From positions 227,778 through 279,240 of the forward strand of contig JBNGIO010006342.1 in assembly GCA_049999805.1 (NCBI GenBank): a stretch of 51,463 nucleotides of DNA, given 5' to 3'. Below, piece by piece: positions 24,259-37,600 of the stretch. The notes beneath the pieces were generated by a model. The model searched no databases. It was not told the origin of the DNA and saw only the letters and a program-made list of their open reading frames with translations. Origin of the DNA: Folioceros fuciformis. Lineage: Eukaryota. Both the position numbers and the translations under genes were made by a program. Every line of letters starts with the position of its first letter. Positions within the stretch are counted from its first letter, which is position 1.

Positions 24259-27200
24259 TCAAGAGGAGAACACAAGATCTCGTCCCCTTGTTCGCCTTCG
24301 GTCTCGTGGGGCAGGAGTATAAACTTCTGGAGACGAGGTCTCACTATCCACAGGTGAAACAGTTCGTTTCTTCCTTCCTGCACCAGAATGTGGGTGCTTA
24401 AGCGATCTCTGCGTTTTGCAAAAGCAATCAAACACTCTAAGCCAAAGCAGCAAAAGAGAACCCACGTTTTACAGTTTTCCTCTTGGTCGCGGGTGTAGGT
24501 ACGGATGCGGAGAACGCCTCGTCACCACCGTTTGGCTCGACAGTCAGATGTAAATTTTCTGCACAAACATTACGCACGCAAAATCAGACCGCCCATATGA
24601 TCAAGGACCAAAAATGCGTAGCGATTGTGAACAAGGTGGCACCTAACAAAATCCCAAGCTCCTCATCAGTGAGGCCACAGTCAGGAGTCGTGTCTAACGC
24701 CTTGAGGCGACCGGCATAAATCTGCAACTCGCGAAGCAAAGTCTTGGTCACAAGCTTGTCGTCCGACAAGTTCTCAAGCGCGCTGCACACAGAGTCTTGT
24801 CAGCATGTGACGCTGCTGCATGGTCAGTTTCAGACAGGCTTCAGAGAGAGAAGGACCTCTGCACCAGCGAGTGCATGAGCTTGATGAGCTTCTGCTGGCT
24901 TGGTCGAAATTGAAGGTCAAACGTCACTCGATAAAGCAAGGCTACATAGAGCCTGACGGAAGGGAATTTTGGCTGTTGCAGGACGACTTTCACCTGGACA
25001 GTCGCAGGCGGAAAGATTTTCGTGACTGAGTTGATAACAAAGAGTTCAGGATAGCTGGAGACGCAACAGGCAACAAAAGAGAATCCCACCCACAAACCTC
25101 ATTAGCTATTCGCAAAGCCAGATCCTCATGGCCCTCGTCAGGAGGACCATTGTCAACGGCCTCACTGTGCTCCGTGAAGTCATCTGTAGGCTTCTCAGCT
25201 GGCTTCTTAATTTCTTGAAGCATCATCTGTAGCATGAACCGTGACACGGTCGTCGCTCGTTGTCTCGAGAGAAGGGAGTGACCTCCCACCCACACACAAC
25301 GAACAACCGGGATGAAAGCTCTGGCCACACAAAGCTGTAAAACAGAAATTTCGTCAGTTGGTACGCGAATGTGGATAATCAACCCGCTGTGCAGTAGAGT
25401 TTTGAGAAGTCACCTTATGATCAGCAGAAACTACTGTATAATTCTGGAAGAACACAGAGAGACACTGATTCAACCTGCAAAGCACTTTCCTGTCATTTAA
25501 TAGAAAAGAATCTGCTGAAGAGAGGACGAGAACAGACCAGGTACATGGGCAAACCTGCGTGTCTCGTTGTTGAAGTAAATTAGCAATAACTTTCTGAGGA
25601 TGGCGGCCTCATCGACGAGGCTATCGCCTACTGTTTTGCTTCTGATTAAAAGCTTGGCGAATCCTTCAGCTACTAGTCCTCTTGGGCTCTCGGCATCGGC
25701 AATAGGAGATAGTCTGTCTTCGGCGAAGTCTTCAAAGTGTGCATCTCCATCCAGCCAAGACGCCAGTATATCCATCACAGGCTTGCCGACGTGGCCACTT
25801 CCCTCCAATTCCGATGCCTGAACCTCAACACCTTCCATACATTTCGGTCCATGGCAGATGATCAGATCAAATGCTGCCTTTGTCGCCATGTTGCAGACTG
25901 GTTGATGTGCACTGTGAAGAGCTGACCGCAATGCCTGAACAAGCTTCACGCTGGGCACCATTTCTAGTGGACAGAACAGTCCCAAGCACCTAAGGCCGGC
26001 CCTTTGCACCTCAGGGTGGATGTGCTTCGCCTGCATTGGAGATCGGCAGTGAGTCGGGACATGTAACAGCAGAAATGATGCAAGACAAGATACGCAAAGA
26101 TGTATACTGTCGATCTTACTGCGGAACTAAGCAGAGCATCTGAGAGCTCTGAAGGCTCAATTGCTGATCCGATAAGTTGTTTTGTCGACGTGATGCTCGT
26201 AAGAAGGAGGCCAGTTAATGCCAGACAATGAAGCCATTGCATAACATTTGCATCACCTTCACGACATGGCCTTCCGTGATCTGCCACAGCCTCAATAAGC
26301 ACCTTGACCCACTCTCCAGGAGAAGCATGAACACTTCTGCCGAATCCCGCAATTGCATCCTGCCAATCCTTTTCTCCTCCAACGCTCAAACCATCCCCAA
26401 GGATATCCACAACGTCAGGACTATCGGGTTTCTCAAGCAGACTACGCAGGAACAAAGCTGCTACCTGACGGCTTACAGCATCGGTAAAATCGAGCAGCTT
26501 CCCAATCTTCAAGAGCTGTTGAGAGGCAAAGCGATAGTGCTGCCCTGCATCATAGACATGGAACAGTTGTCAAGGTGTAAATAGCTAGCCCAAGAGCGGC
26601 TCTCATGAAGAGCTAGCTTGATACAAAATGGTGAACATCTTCAAAGTCCTTCCTACAGATACCGGCAAGTATATGTCTCTCGACCACCGACACATAGTCA
26701 GCTACGGTTGGCGGTAAAATTTTCTCCAGAGCCTCTTGTTTGAGAGCAGCATTCTCAGCATCCACGACAGCCTTTACACATCCTGAAGCTGCTGCCTCAG
26801 AGCTTCTAGTCTGCATGGACAAGGGTCAGAAGTAGTGTGCGGGATGGAGGCGGCTATGCAATCCACAAAAAGCAACCCTTAACGAAGTACCTGTTCTGCA
26901 TCATGGACGAAAAAACACCACATCCTCCAATACAGGGCTTCTTCTGCTTCCAGAAGATGGACTCGGCCACCGTCTTTTCCATCTGCCACGTACGCATGTT
27001 ACAACGACAAACCTACTAGAACCCCCCGTGCAGCTATCCTTCAATAGAAAGAAAGGTTGTATAGATTGAGAAAGCAAGTATCACCTGGTCCGAACACCTT
27101 CATGGGACCTTCATGGGATCCTAGCTGGACGACCTCAGCTTGGAGAAGCTCTGCCATGATGGTCTCTCCAACCCTGGCATGAGTCTCCACGTCCATGAGC

Positions 27201-28311
27201 TTCAACAAGCTCAACACATCTCCCTGGCAGTCCCTCTGCAGCCAGGTCTTGAGCATTTTCAGGGACTCAGCTTTCACAGCAGGCACTCTATCTGCAAGGC
27301 CTCGTTCAAGAACCAAGGTCCTCTGTGAAATGCTGCAAGCGCAGCATGCGGGTGGTTATGCTCTCTCTCTAATGTCCCCTTGAGAGAACCTGCCTAGCTT
27401 CCAACCGTGAACCAACCTGAGGCTGTTGATGGGGAAATCCTGCCCAAGCTTGAAGAAGGCAGCTTTCCTGACAGAATCATGGACATCGGCCGTCCTCTCA
27501 ACAACTTGGGGGATGGTACAGCTAATTGGCGGAATGGACAAGACAACCCATCTTCTCACGTCCTGGTGAAAACCGAAATCGTATATCAGCTTTGCAACCT
27601 TATACCCCCTTTTTACAAACCACCAGACAAGAGCCATGACATGGTCCACACCACTAACCACATTCTCGTCCAAATCCAGAGTTCGTCTATACTGTTCCAA
27701 AATCCCCCAATTCTCCACCATCTCCAAATCTGTGGCCACAGCAAGCCTCGCCAGCGATCGAGCTGCAAAAGCTCGCACAGCCGCCACCCTGTCCTGCATA
27801 CGACGGAGCATACCCGCCACCACCCGATCCAAGGTATCGTCGCTTAGCATCGCGTCGTCCTGTATCCTCTGCATTATCTGCCACCACATTTTCCCGGCTT
27901 AAGACTCCAAATCAAATTAGGCAACTGGAACACCCAAGCCTCCCGCCATCTCACCTCATGCACCATTTGACATGCCCTGAAGCGGACAGTCTTGTCAACG
28001 GCCTCGGCCCACTCTAACAGCAAGCCCAGAAAATCCTCCGCAAACGCATCGCATTCCGACGCGTCCGCATCCCGGTACACCGCAAAATGCGCGCAGAATC
28101 GCACAGCCTGCTCCACCGCAGGCTTCCTTGCCGCCACCAGAAAGAGCGGCTGCAAACATCGGGCCCAGTCCTCCAGAAACCCGTCATTCTGTCTTCTGCA
28201 CTGCACCAGCTCCTTCACCAGCCTGGTATGCTGCGACACTGACGAAATCTGAGCCTCGCCCAGAACCCTAGCGATAGCGAAGGCAGCGCCAGCAGCCTCC
28301 CCGCCCACCAT
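24259..28311 (-). CDS. NCAPG: Condensin I subunit CAP-G (HEAT-repeat)
   Basis: Multi-exon gene. Motifs 'AVDKTVRFRACQ', 'RMQDRVAAVR', 'ERTADVHDSVRKAAF', 'LERGLADR', 'LDFTDAVSR', 'HPEVQRAGLRCLGLF', 'AEGFAKLL'. The last exon ends 'RGRDLVFSS*' at 24259 (terminal exon less certain). Confidence 0.92.
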
Positions 28312-28469
28312 CGCTGCTGCTGATCCTGGTGTTGCTCGTGATGATGCTCGCGCGTTCGCGCTCGCAGCGTCGCGCCAAATCGAAATTGAATGACAAGAAC
28401 CTGAGATCGTACAGTCAAACCCCTCTAATTGGGAGCGTCAAACCCTTCTAATTGGGACCCCTGCAAATG

Positions 28470-28535
28470 GAACCCCTTTACATGGACGCCCGAACCCCTT
28501 TACATGGACGCCCGAACCCCTTTACATGGACGCCC
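28470..28535 (+). repeat. Three 22-bp subterminal tandem repeats of the pogo-like element
   Basis: gaacccctttacatggacgccc at 28470, 28492 and 28514. The unit resembles the TIR core (aacccctctaattggga). Confidence 0.92.
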
Positions 28536-28930
28536 AGGCTTGTTCCAGTGAGTGTGCTACATGCTAAGTGAAATCCCTGTGATTTGTAAATGGGAATGTG
28601 CAAGTACACCTATGTAAAAAGGAGAATATATTTTTTTAAATAAATTGAAGAAATCATCTTATCAAGATTAAATCATGAATTATTGAGATTATGTCAAGGC
28701 TATCAAGATTATATCATAAAACATAGACATTCATCGAGATTGGGCCTATATATGTAGTAGTTTTGTACACTATGCTTTGTGATCAGAAGCATTGTTCCTA
28801 GAACATAAGTTGTTTCATTATACAAGTTGTCTTATGGTGTAGTAAGTTGTGTTATGGTGTTGTAAGTTGTTGTCTTGCTCTGAGATATTTGTATATGTTC
28901 CTTATCCATTCTCTTTAACGTGTAGGAACA

Positions 28931-29910
28931 ATGCCGCCCAAACTCCCGCGCAAGCATGCTACCCTAACAAAGCAACAAAAGAAAGAGGTTTGCGAATATT
29001 ATGTGCAACATTCTTGCACACTTAAGGAGTTCACTAGATGGACAACATAGAAGTTTTCAATAGCAGCTTCTAAAAGTGCATTGTCTAGGATTGTGAATGA
29101 CAAAGACAAATGATTGGACCCTACCATTGGTTCAACAACTAATATGGCAGGGAATGAGGGATAGACCAATCGTATGCCCACAGGTTTACCACGAAGTACA
29201 CGTTTGGGCTCTTGCAATCCAAGCTCAAGGTGTCACAATTTCAGATGACTTGCTTTGTGAGTGCATCAAGTTGTATCGTGACTATCAAGCAGTGGTTATG
29301 CTGGTAAAAGCTTGGACTTCATTTGTGAGTCCTCATACCATACGCAATTGTTGGAGGCATAGCACTTTGAATGCAGATTTGCGTGCACAAGATGCTCAGT
29401 TCTTTGAGTCTTTGGATCTAAACAGTGCACCATATAATCCAGAGGATCCATTATCGGATCCTCAAAATCACTCTAATTCGTTGGAAACGCAGGTAGAAGA
29501 GCTACAACAGTCTATGTGAAGCTTAGCATTATTAACATCTGAGGATATGATAGGAATTGCTGATGTTGGATATCCAACGATGACAGCTGAAGAGTATTTG
29601 AACTTTGAGGAGGATGAAGGAGTGGAAACTACGTATATTCCTACAAAGGACGAAATATGGCAAGCATTAATCCGTCCACATGTCAATGAGAAGGGTGAGG
29701 AGAATGATTCAACGTCAGTGGAGACCATAGTGCCAAGACCACATACGACAAAGGATGCTGTAGATAATACTATGAGGATAGCGAAGATATTTTTGGAAGA
29801 GATGCTACATAACACTCTTATGCTTTAAAGTTGCATTCTCAGTTAGAAAAACATATTGCTAGTAATTGGATGAAAGCAACTCAGCAAGATTATTTTTACC
29901 CAGCAAACTA
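28931..29910 (+). pseudogene. Disrupted CENP-B/pogo transposase
   Basis: 'MPPKLPRKHATLTKQQKKEVCEY...SKSALSRIV' (HTH) and 'VHVWALAIQAQGVTISDDLL' (second HTH) run straight into 'AVVMLVKAW..VSPHTIRNCW'. The DDE core is absent and there are several in-frame stops. Confidence 0.8.
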
Positions 29911-30342
29911 GAATTAAGTTGGCAGCTATGTGAGGGAGCATTTTGGATTTTTTTGGAAGCTTTTAAGCTCTTTCAAATTTTTGATTTAAAGGATTTTTTT
30001 ATTTTTTAAATATTTTTATTAAAAAAGAAAAGAAAATGCCTAAACGGAACCCTCTAAATGGGACGATTTTTCTACTCCCAATTGTTCCCAATTAGAGGGG
30101 TCTGACTGTAGTTTTAAATATCCACATTCACACGACACTGGACTCGACCTGTGCAACCCCTGTAACCGACGGTGTGAAGGGGCCTAGGGTGCCATTCCGT
30201 TTCGATCGTGATTTGTGATTGGCGAGCCTCATCAGCGTCCCCGTCAAGCTTGTCAGGACTTGCGCTCATCTCTCCGTCCACTGGGTCCGATTTATGCGCG
30301 GCCAGTCTGTGAGAAGTACTCGCCCGGGTTGGAGTTTCTGCC

Positions 30343-32173
30343 ATGGGGTCACAGGCGCTGATGCACGTTGCGGTCGCAGGGAGCCTGGCTGCGTCGTGCT
30401 CCTCCCACCGGTCGAGCGTCAGCTTCGGTACCTGGTTGTCTGCTTTTCGCGGTAAGCAGAGTGTTGCTCGTACCATGGACGCCTTCAAACGGTCTCTGGC
30501 TCTAGTGTGGGGCTGCCTGTGTGTCGCAGTTTGACGACTTCTCACCTTCTGGATACTAACTTTGATTGTGAAGGAGGTGAGGGGAATTCGGTGAATGCAG
30601 CGTTGGAAAAGTTTGTTGTCTAGCTGAAAGGGCGTGGTTGGCTGAGGTGACAGAATGAATTTTCATTCTGTTGTCATCGACCGTGGTTGTGATAACAGTG
30701 CCTTACTCTGAGGGCGTGCATGCATCCTGCATTCCTTACCGATTTCGCTGCTTCTGAAAGATAAGAAAGATGAGGGGCATCATTTGTGGCAACGCATTCT
30801 TGTCTCTGAAACGAGCTGACAGACCGTGTGTGGCTTTGTAGAAGCAAGGACGCGGCGCTTGGTGGTTACCGCGGAAACGGGAGGTCCTTTTGCATTTGGC
30901 CCCAAGTATGATGCAGGAGACTCAAGTTTCGTCCGAAGAGCAGTTGCTGTAAGCGTGTGCTTGTTTAGCGCATGAGTTGAAGCTGCAAGGTGTGTCTGAG
31001 GGGGCGAGTGACCTCTTTTGCTTGTGCGGGTTTTAGGTGAAAGGGGAAGCTGCCAGTTCTACATCAGTAAAGGCAGGGTAGGTTTTATTCCGAGAAAGAA
31101 ATTTGAGGTGACCTGTTTGCTTGTGTGGTCGCTTGCTTTGGAGAATTGTGGGTGGTAGACAACAGCGCTGTTCACTGAAAGGGTTGCATGGTTCGAACAG
31201 TCATGAACTACTTATGTTTGAGGCTCTGCGCGAGGGTCTGGAGGAGGAGATGGAGAGGGATCCTACCGTGTGCGTTATGGGAGAGGATGTCGGCCACTAC
31301 GGAGGCTCGTACAAGGTGACAAAGGGATTTGCTGAAAAGTTTGGAGACTGGCGTGTGTTGGACACTCCCATTGCTGAAAACTCCTTCACTGGCATGGCTA
31401 TCGGGGCAGCAATGACCGGGTTGCGGCCGGTTATCGAGGGCATGAACATGGGCTTTTTGTTGCTGGCTTACAACCAAATAGCCAACAACTGTGGCATGCT
31501 GCACTACACATCGGGAGGACAGTTCAGAATCCCTGTGGTTATAAGGGGCCCCGGGGGTGTGGGCAGACAGCTTGGAGCGGAGCACTCACAGCGGTTGGAG
31601 TCCTACTTTCAATCGGTTCCTGGATTACAGATGGTGGCCTGCTCCACGCCCTACAATGCCAAGGGTCTCATGAAGGCGGCCATCCGCAGTGAGAACCCGG
31701 TTATTCTCTTCGAGCATGTGCTGCTGTACAACCTGAAGGAGAGGATCCCTGATGAGGAATACGTCTGTTGTTTGGAGGAAGCAGAGCTGGTGCGTCCTGG
31801 TGAGGATATCACCATCCTGACCTACTCTCGGATGCGGCACCATGTGTTACAGGCAGCCAAGACTCTGGTGAACAAGGGCTACGATCCGGAGATCATAGAT
31901 ATCCGGTCGCTGAAGCCCTTCGATCTGCACACCATTGGGAACTCAGTGAAGAAGACACACAAAGTCCTAATAGTGGAGGAGTGCATGAGAACCGGTGGTA
32001 TCGGTGCGAGTCTCCGGGCTGCCATCATGGAAAACTTCTTCGACTATCTGGATGGACCTATTGGTTGTCTATCATCGCAGGATGTGCCCACACCTTACTC
32101 CGGTCCGTTGGAAGAGCTGACTGTCGTGCAGCCACATCAGATTGTGACTGCGGTGGAAAGCTTATGCCAATGA
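30343..32173 (+). CDS. pdhB: Pyruvate dehydrogenase E1 beta subunit, plastid type
   Basis: Three short exons encode a transit-peptide-like leader; a long exon from 31201 gives '[17 protein letters not shown]', '[14 protein letters not shown]', '[11 protein letters not shown]', '[13 protein letters not shown]', 'SSQDVPTPY'. Confidence 0.96.
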
Positions 32174-33604
32174 CATGATTGCCTGTCAATTTTCCCTCCG
32201 AATTTTTCGTATCGAGTTTTGGTAACTACGTGAAAATTAGGAATGAGCTCTCATCAGATACAGTACGTGAGGTCCCAGGGTACATTTTGCTTCGTTCTTG
32301 TTTTGACTCTTGTGCCAAAACTTGGAGAGATGCCACCTTCCCTCGCTCGTAGCAGTCTGAACGAAAAGTACGCATGAAGTACCTTCGTCGTTGAAACCCA
32401 TTGAAGGGTTGGAAGTCTCCACCGTTGGTTGCTCAGAAGTTTTGGTGCCTGCTATGGCATACCACAGAGGACAGAGGGGAGGTTTCTGAAGACACCAACT
32501 TTCTGAAGACACCAATCATGGCCGCTGTGGCGCATAAGATGAAAAGATTGTTGTTCAAAGCAAAATCCCATAACAGACATCCTCCATCGTCCAAGAGAAA
32601 AAAGGCTCTGAACCCTTCACGCCTCCCTTTCACCCGACTTTTCACCCTCATCCCCAGCACGGGCACGTTTTTCAAACTGTCCGCGCGATGGCCTCGACCT
32701 CTGACAAGTTCCAACGGAACAGCCATTTTTTTTGGTCTTCATTTAAAGCTCAAGTTCACACGGAAACAGAGGGCATTGGGCCAAGAAGGGCCTGAAGATC
32801 TTCACGGGGACAGAATTCCATAGCATGGGATTGGAAGATGATTTTCGACAGTGCCTGCAGGCTCCCTGGTTGCCGTTGCTTCCTCAAAGATCTCCCAATG
32901 GATCAGAATCTCACAAGCGATACTTCGTTACTTGCCGAAGTTGCTGTCCGTTGGAACAAAATCCCATATCGATAGGTCACTGCTTGGCAATGCGGTGTTG
33001 TTGTCTAAATTCTAACATGCGCAGTCCGTGGTCGTCTTCCATTTTTCTTAGGATGCGCAGCCCATGGTGGACGACGGGCTGCATCGGCATTGGTCATCAT
33101 GGGAACACTTTCGCGTACTGCTTTCGTCATTCACGCGATCTTGCTTCCTTTGTGCGGTCTGTCGTGCTCGGCAAGGTGGTCAACACATAGATGTATGCAT
33201 GTATTTCTAAGGCGGGGTCTAGGTGTGTACACCGTCAGGACGGAACACAGTCAATCCCCCGTGCACAAATTGCACGAAATGTGCAACTGACCCAAAGTTT
33301 GCGCTCGAGCGCGCGGGCTACGGATCTACACTCAGTCTGGCTAGGGGAACTTGACAAGACAAAGCGACCATAATACAGCAGATGATGTCTATGTAGCGGC
33401 CTCAGCAGCAATTGCAGGCAGTGCAAAATGCTAGCCCAGCATGGCGCAGCCATCGCCCCATGCGCGCACTAGTACTAGTGCCAGAAGTAGTCTGCATGAT
33501 TATAGCTTATTCCTAGACAGGTAGCTGGTTGCTACACACAAGTATAGCAGCTCTTATTGCGTCTGACGTCCGGCGCCCGGCGTCCAACGATGTCACTCGA
33601 CCTC

Positions 33605-33898
33605 CTAACATTTGGCAGCGCCAAACTTGCAGCTCTTGATGTAGTTCTGCTGAACGGTCGGCGACACTTGGGCCCGCTTCAACAGGCTGCACACGCAGGG
33701 GACGCCCGCCGCTCGCAGTGCGCTGCAGCATCCCGGCTTCGGGTAGTTGGGAATGCCGGCTCCCGAGGCGCAGCTGGCCAGCAGCGCGGGGGCACTGCAG
33801 ACCGCCTCCGCCTGCTCCATTGCCACCTCCATCGCCAGAAGCAGCATGAACGCTGCCGCGGCCCACTTCACGAGCATCGCGCTGCTGGACTTGGCCAT
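33605..33898 (-). CDS. Non-specific lipid transfer protein (8-cysteine motif), secreted, intronless
   Basis: Hydrophobic signal peptide followed by C-x8-C-x13-CC-x9-CxC-x19-C-x6-C. Confidence 0.88.
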   Translation of the reverse strand: MAKSSSAMLVKWAAAAFMLLLAMEVAMEQAEAVCSAPALLASCASGAGIPNYPKPGCCSALRAAGVPCVCSLLKRAQVSPTVQQNYIKSCKFGAAKC

Positions 33899-34027
33899 GG
33901 TTGATGTGACCACCGTCTCCCACTCGCTTCCGCTTGCACACCTGGAGATGCTGCCCGAGAAGACGACGAGACGATGGATTGCAACGCAGTGATCTGCGCC
34001 GAGGCCATAGCTGCAGGGCGAGCGTCC

Positions 34028-34034
34028 TTATATA
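34028..34034 (-). promoter_or_regulatory. TATA box of the nsLTP gene
   Basis: CTATATAAG on the minus strand about 130 bp upstream of the nsLTP ATG. Confidence 0.6.
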
Positions 34035-34627
34035 GATAGAGGTAGTCACGCTAGCAAGCGGCATTCATGAATCCGCGTGTCCCTGACGCCTTAGCGACAT
34101 ACCCGTAGCAGTAGGGCTGGTGAGACGTCCATCATGCTGCACGCACCAGTACTGCACCAACTCTATGCCCGTGACTGGCTTTGGCCTTGGCGCGCCGGAC
34201 CTTTGCTCTCCCACCAGCTTTGTATACCGGCCGGCCACCGGCCTTGTACGCCTCACTTTTGAACTTAACTTGCGTGGAGTAGAGGACGTGCAACGACGCA
34301 GACATTTAGCTGCCGTTCGGGATCGACTTCTTGTGCGACACCGGACACGTCTTGTGTACTATGGGTCCAAAATTATCATTGCATTGAAAACCAGCTCTTC
34401 CACCAATTACGACCTACCACTGCCTCTAGTCTACATTTCAGAATCGGCGGATTCAGACAAGAAAATAACCAAGCCAGCTTCGGATGCGAGGGCCCACCGA
34501 CAACGACATAATACATATCACCAGCCACCTGTCCATCCGTTCACCTCCTGCTGCATTCGACAACGACATCACGCATCAGATGAAATTCGCCGACATCACG
34601 GATCAGATGAAATTCGGGCAAAATGAT

Positions 34628-37600
34628 TCAACTGCGCAAAAACAAGGCGAGATCAAGCCAGAAGGCGCTCAGTACCTGAGGAGGGTAACCTTGCCCATAG
34701 CCACCATAGGCAGCTTGCTGCTGAGGGGGAGCCTGCTGCTGGGGAGGACCATATCCTGCATACCCAGCATACGCGTTGTATCCCTGCGCAGACAGATACA
34801 ATTTAGACTCCGCGTACACAACGCCAACCGACAACATTAACCAGTGTAAGGAAAGAGTCTGTTCCACACATCCGTACCTGCTGCCCATATCCAGGGTTCC
34901 ACTGTTGTGGAGGAGGTGCCTGCTGAGGAGGAGGTTGCTGCCAGCCTTGAGGCTGGCTGGCGTAGGCCTGAGGGGCATAAGCTGATCCCCATTGGGCCTG
35001 TCCGTTTCCATAAGCAGGGACGACACTAGGAACTGGGGATGCCACTGTTTGACCGCCAGAGTAAGGTTTATGAAGCTTGCCCCTATCTGTGACACCGGAG
35101 TCTGGGGAGCTCCTTTTCTTTGACTCGTTCAGAGACTTCCGAGGAGGGAACAACTGCTTGTGTCTCAACTCAGCCTTCCTTATCAGCTCCGTATCACCAT
35201 ACAAGTCAACAAACTGCACGACATCGAACGAAAATGAATACAGGCTAACCAATACCGTGGCAGCGAAGGCATCATAGCTACGATAAAACTCCTCACCTCC
35301 AGAAATACACTTGAGAGTTCTTCTCGTTCGATGGCCGCCAGCCCGGGAGATCCGTCAGGTCTGGCAGACGCTGTTGCTCTTTCCACCAATGCATCTACCC
35401 GCTGGAGTTGCGTATCTCCACCCCTGAAAGACTCAAAGTGAATAGCAGCCTACACCATACGACAGTTTAAAATCGGATTAGAACAAACGTAGTAGATATT
35501 GCAAGTCTGGACTGACGACGAGAAGACAGTGACAAAGTTCGTCCTATAACCTTCAAATCAGAGCGAACATACTCTACCCCAACCGATGGCAATAATAGCA
35601 GCCAACAAACACGGGCAGTTCACTGGATTTGGAAGCAACTGACCTCCCACAAGACCTTAGATGTAGGAGAATGTTCCAGGGCAGACGCGAGAACTTCCCT
35701 GGCCTTGTCGGTTTGACCAGCAACCTGCACCATATATATAACCATTCGACATACAAGATACTGCTTAGCTAGTTCACGCAAGTTACTACATTAACTCCCA
35801 CAGAAAGCGACCGAACCTGATCCAGGAATCGAGCATATTGAATGAAGAGGAGGGGTAAGGACCGGGATTCCTCCTTCGCCTTCTCAACATCAAGAGCAGA
35901 CTGATAGATATGGCAAGCACCTTCAAGGTTGCCCTGGTGTCCAGTAAAACAGGCTAGAGTGAGGTAGGGTAATAGACAACACATATTGAGCAGCAACGGA
36001 AGGCCCCTTGAAACCGTACACACCTGGCGATGCTCTAGATTCGCATACTTAACAATTGCCTCCAAAAGGCCTGGAGACAGCTCAGTGTTAAGTAACTCAA
36101 ATTCTGCCCGAGCACCAGCAATATCCCCTTGCTGCTCCTTGAATCTTGCTGAAAACAAATGAATCTCAGGACGGCGCTGCTCAGGCACAGACACATGGGC
36201 CCATGTTATCTCCAAGACTTTATTCATCGACTGGCAAACACGTCACGAAATATGGATGGCACAAACCTTGACAAATATATCAGTTGCTCTGGTGAGAGCA
36301 TGCACAGCTCTATCCAGGTAGCCGTCGAGTTCCATTCGCTGAACGTATCTGATCCAGTATTCAGGATAGTTTGCACAAGCAATCAGGCACCTCTCATAAA
36401 GCTTTACCACCTGCACCGTCAAACAAACTCATTATTTACACGTCATCTATTGCTTCAAGATAGGACAGGGAAGAGAGTCAAACGGAAGGACTTTTCATGC
36501 ATATAGTCTTGAACAGAAACAATCCAGAAAAAGAATTCACCTTATCTAGGTCTCCCTCTTTCTCTATGAAGTCCAGATACCGATGCCAGTTAGCAAGCTG
36601 AATCTCGTCGAGAGCTTTCACATGGAAGTATGGGCGACGAATTGCAGTTTCATAGTCACGAATTTTCGCATCACTTTCTTTGGCCCTCTTGTAAAGAGCC
36701 TCCCGGATGGCTATAAATCTTGCCACATCTTCAGCTTCAGCAACTCCCGGGGCCTTTTCAGCCTTGCTGCCTTCCTCATCCCCAGGAGGACCGTCCATGA
36801 CTTTTTCCTCCACCAAAGCAGGTTCCAAGGTCGCAGCAACAGCAGCAACTGCAGCTGCTGACTCTGCATTCTCCTCTGCAGTCCGCAGCTCTGAAAGGGG
36901 CCTACTCATCGCAATCTGTTTAAAACTGGACAAAAGGAAAAGGTGTCAGTGCACTGATGAACAAGAACTAGGCAGAGCATCACTGCACTGTGCAACTAAG
37001 GGACCCAACAATTCTACAGGCTCACCTCGCAAAGTACCGGTCAAGTTGTTGAAGGGGAATCTGCAGAATGCGTGTGTAAAGCTGCGTGAGACGACTCCAC
37101 TCCTCTTGTCCGTACTCAAAGTCAATATACTTGTCCCAGAGAAGATGTGACAGATAATCAGTCCCAACATACTCAAGCCCCCTCTCAAAAAGCCTGCAAC
37201 AAGGGGAAAAACTTTGGAAGGTTAAGGACTGCTACAGTGAACCCCAGCATCCCCGTGGACTTGGACTCGACTATTAGATTGGACGGGATTAGAGAGCAGG
37301 AAAAGCTTTGAGCAGGAAAAACTTTCAGTGGAACTTGCTTTTCAGACTTCCAAATAGAAGCACAAATGCTCTGCATTTACCTTCCCGCCAAACCACACTA
37401 TGTCCGCGACATGGAGCGGCGCTCAAGAGGCCCTCTCTCTGCCCTCAATGGGACCCGATCTTCCACAGCAGCATTTGGATGCAAGGCTCAGTTGTACCCT
37501 CATTGTGTCAAATGGCATCTCACAAGCAAGACCGCCTAGCCTATGACATTGCTAAGACATGGGAGTGATTGACTGGGAAAGGGAGAAAACTAGGGTGCGT

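Larger units (their letters stand above)
28412..30108 (+). mobile_element. pogo-like (Tc1/mariner superfamily) DNA transposon, non-autonomous internal-deletion derivative
   Basis: 23-bp TIRs with one mismatch (cagtcaaacccctctaattggga at 28412; tcccaattagaggggtctgactg ending 30108), flanked by TA on both sides. A broken CENP-B-like transposase lies inside. Confidence 0.93.

Noticed and set aside
32237-33453. Several 60-140 aa ORFs between PDH and the nsLTP
   Set aside because: No recognisable domains or consistent exon structure; compatible with chance ORFs.
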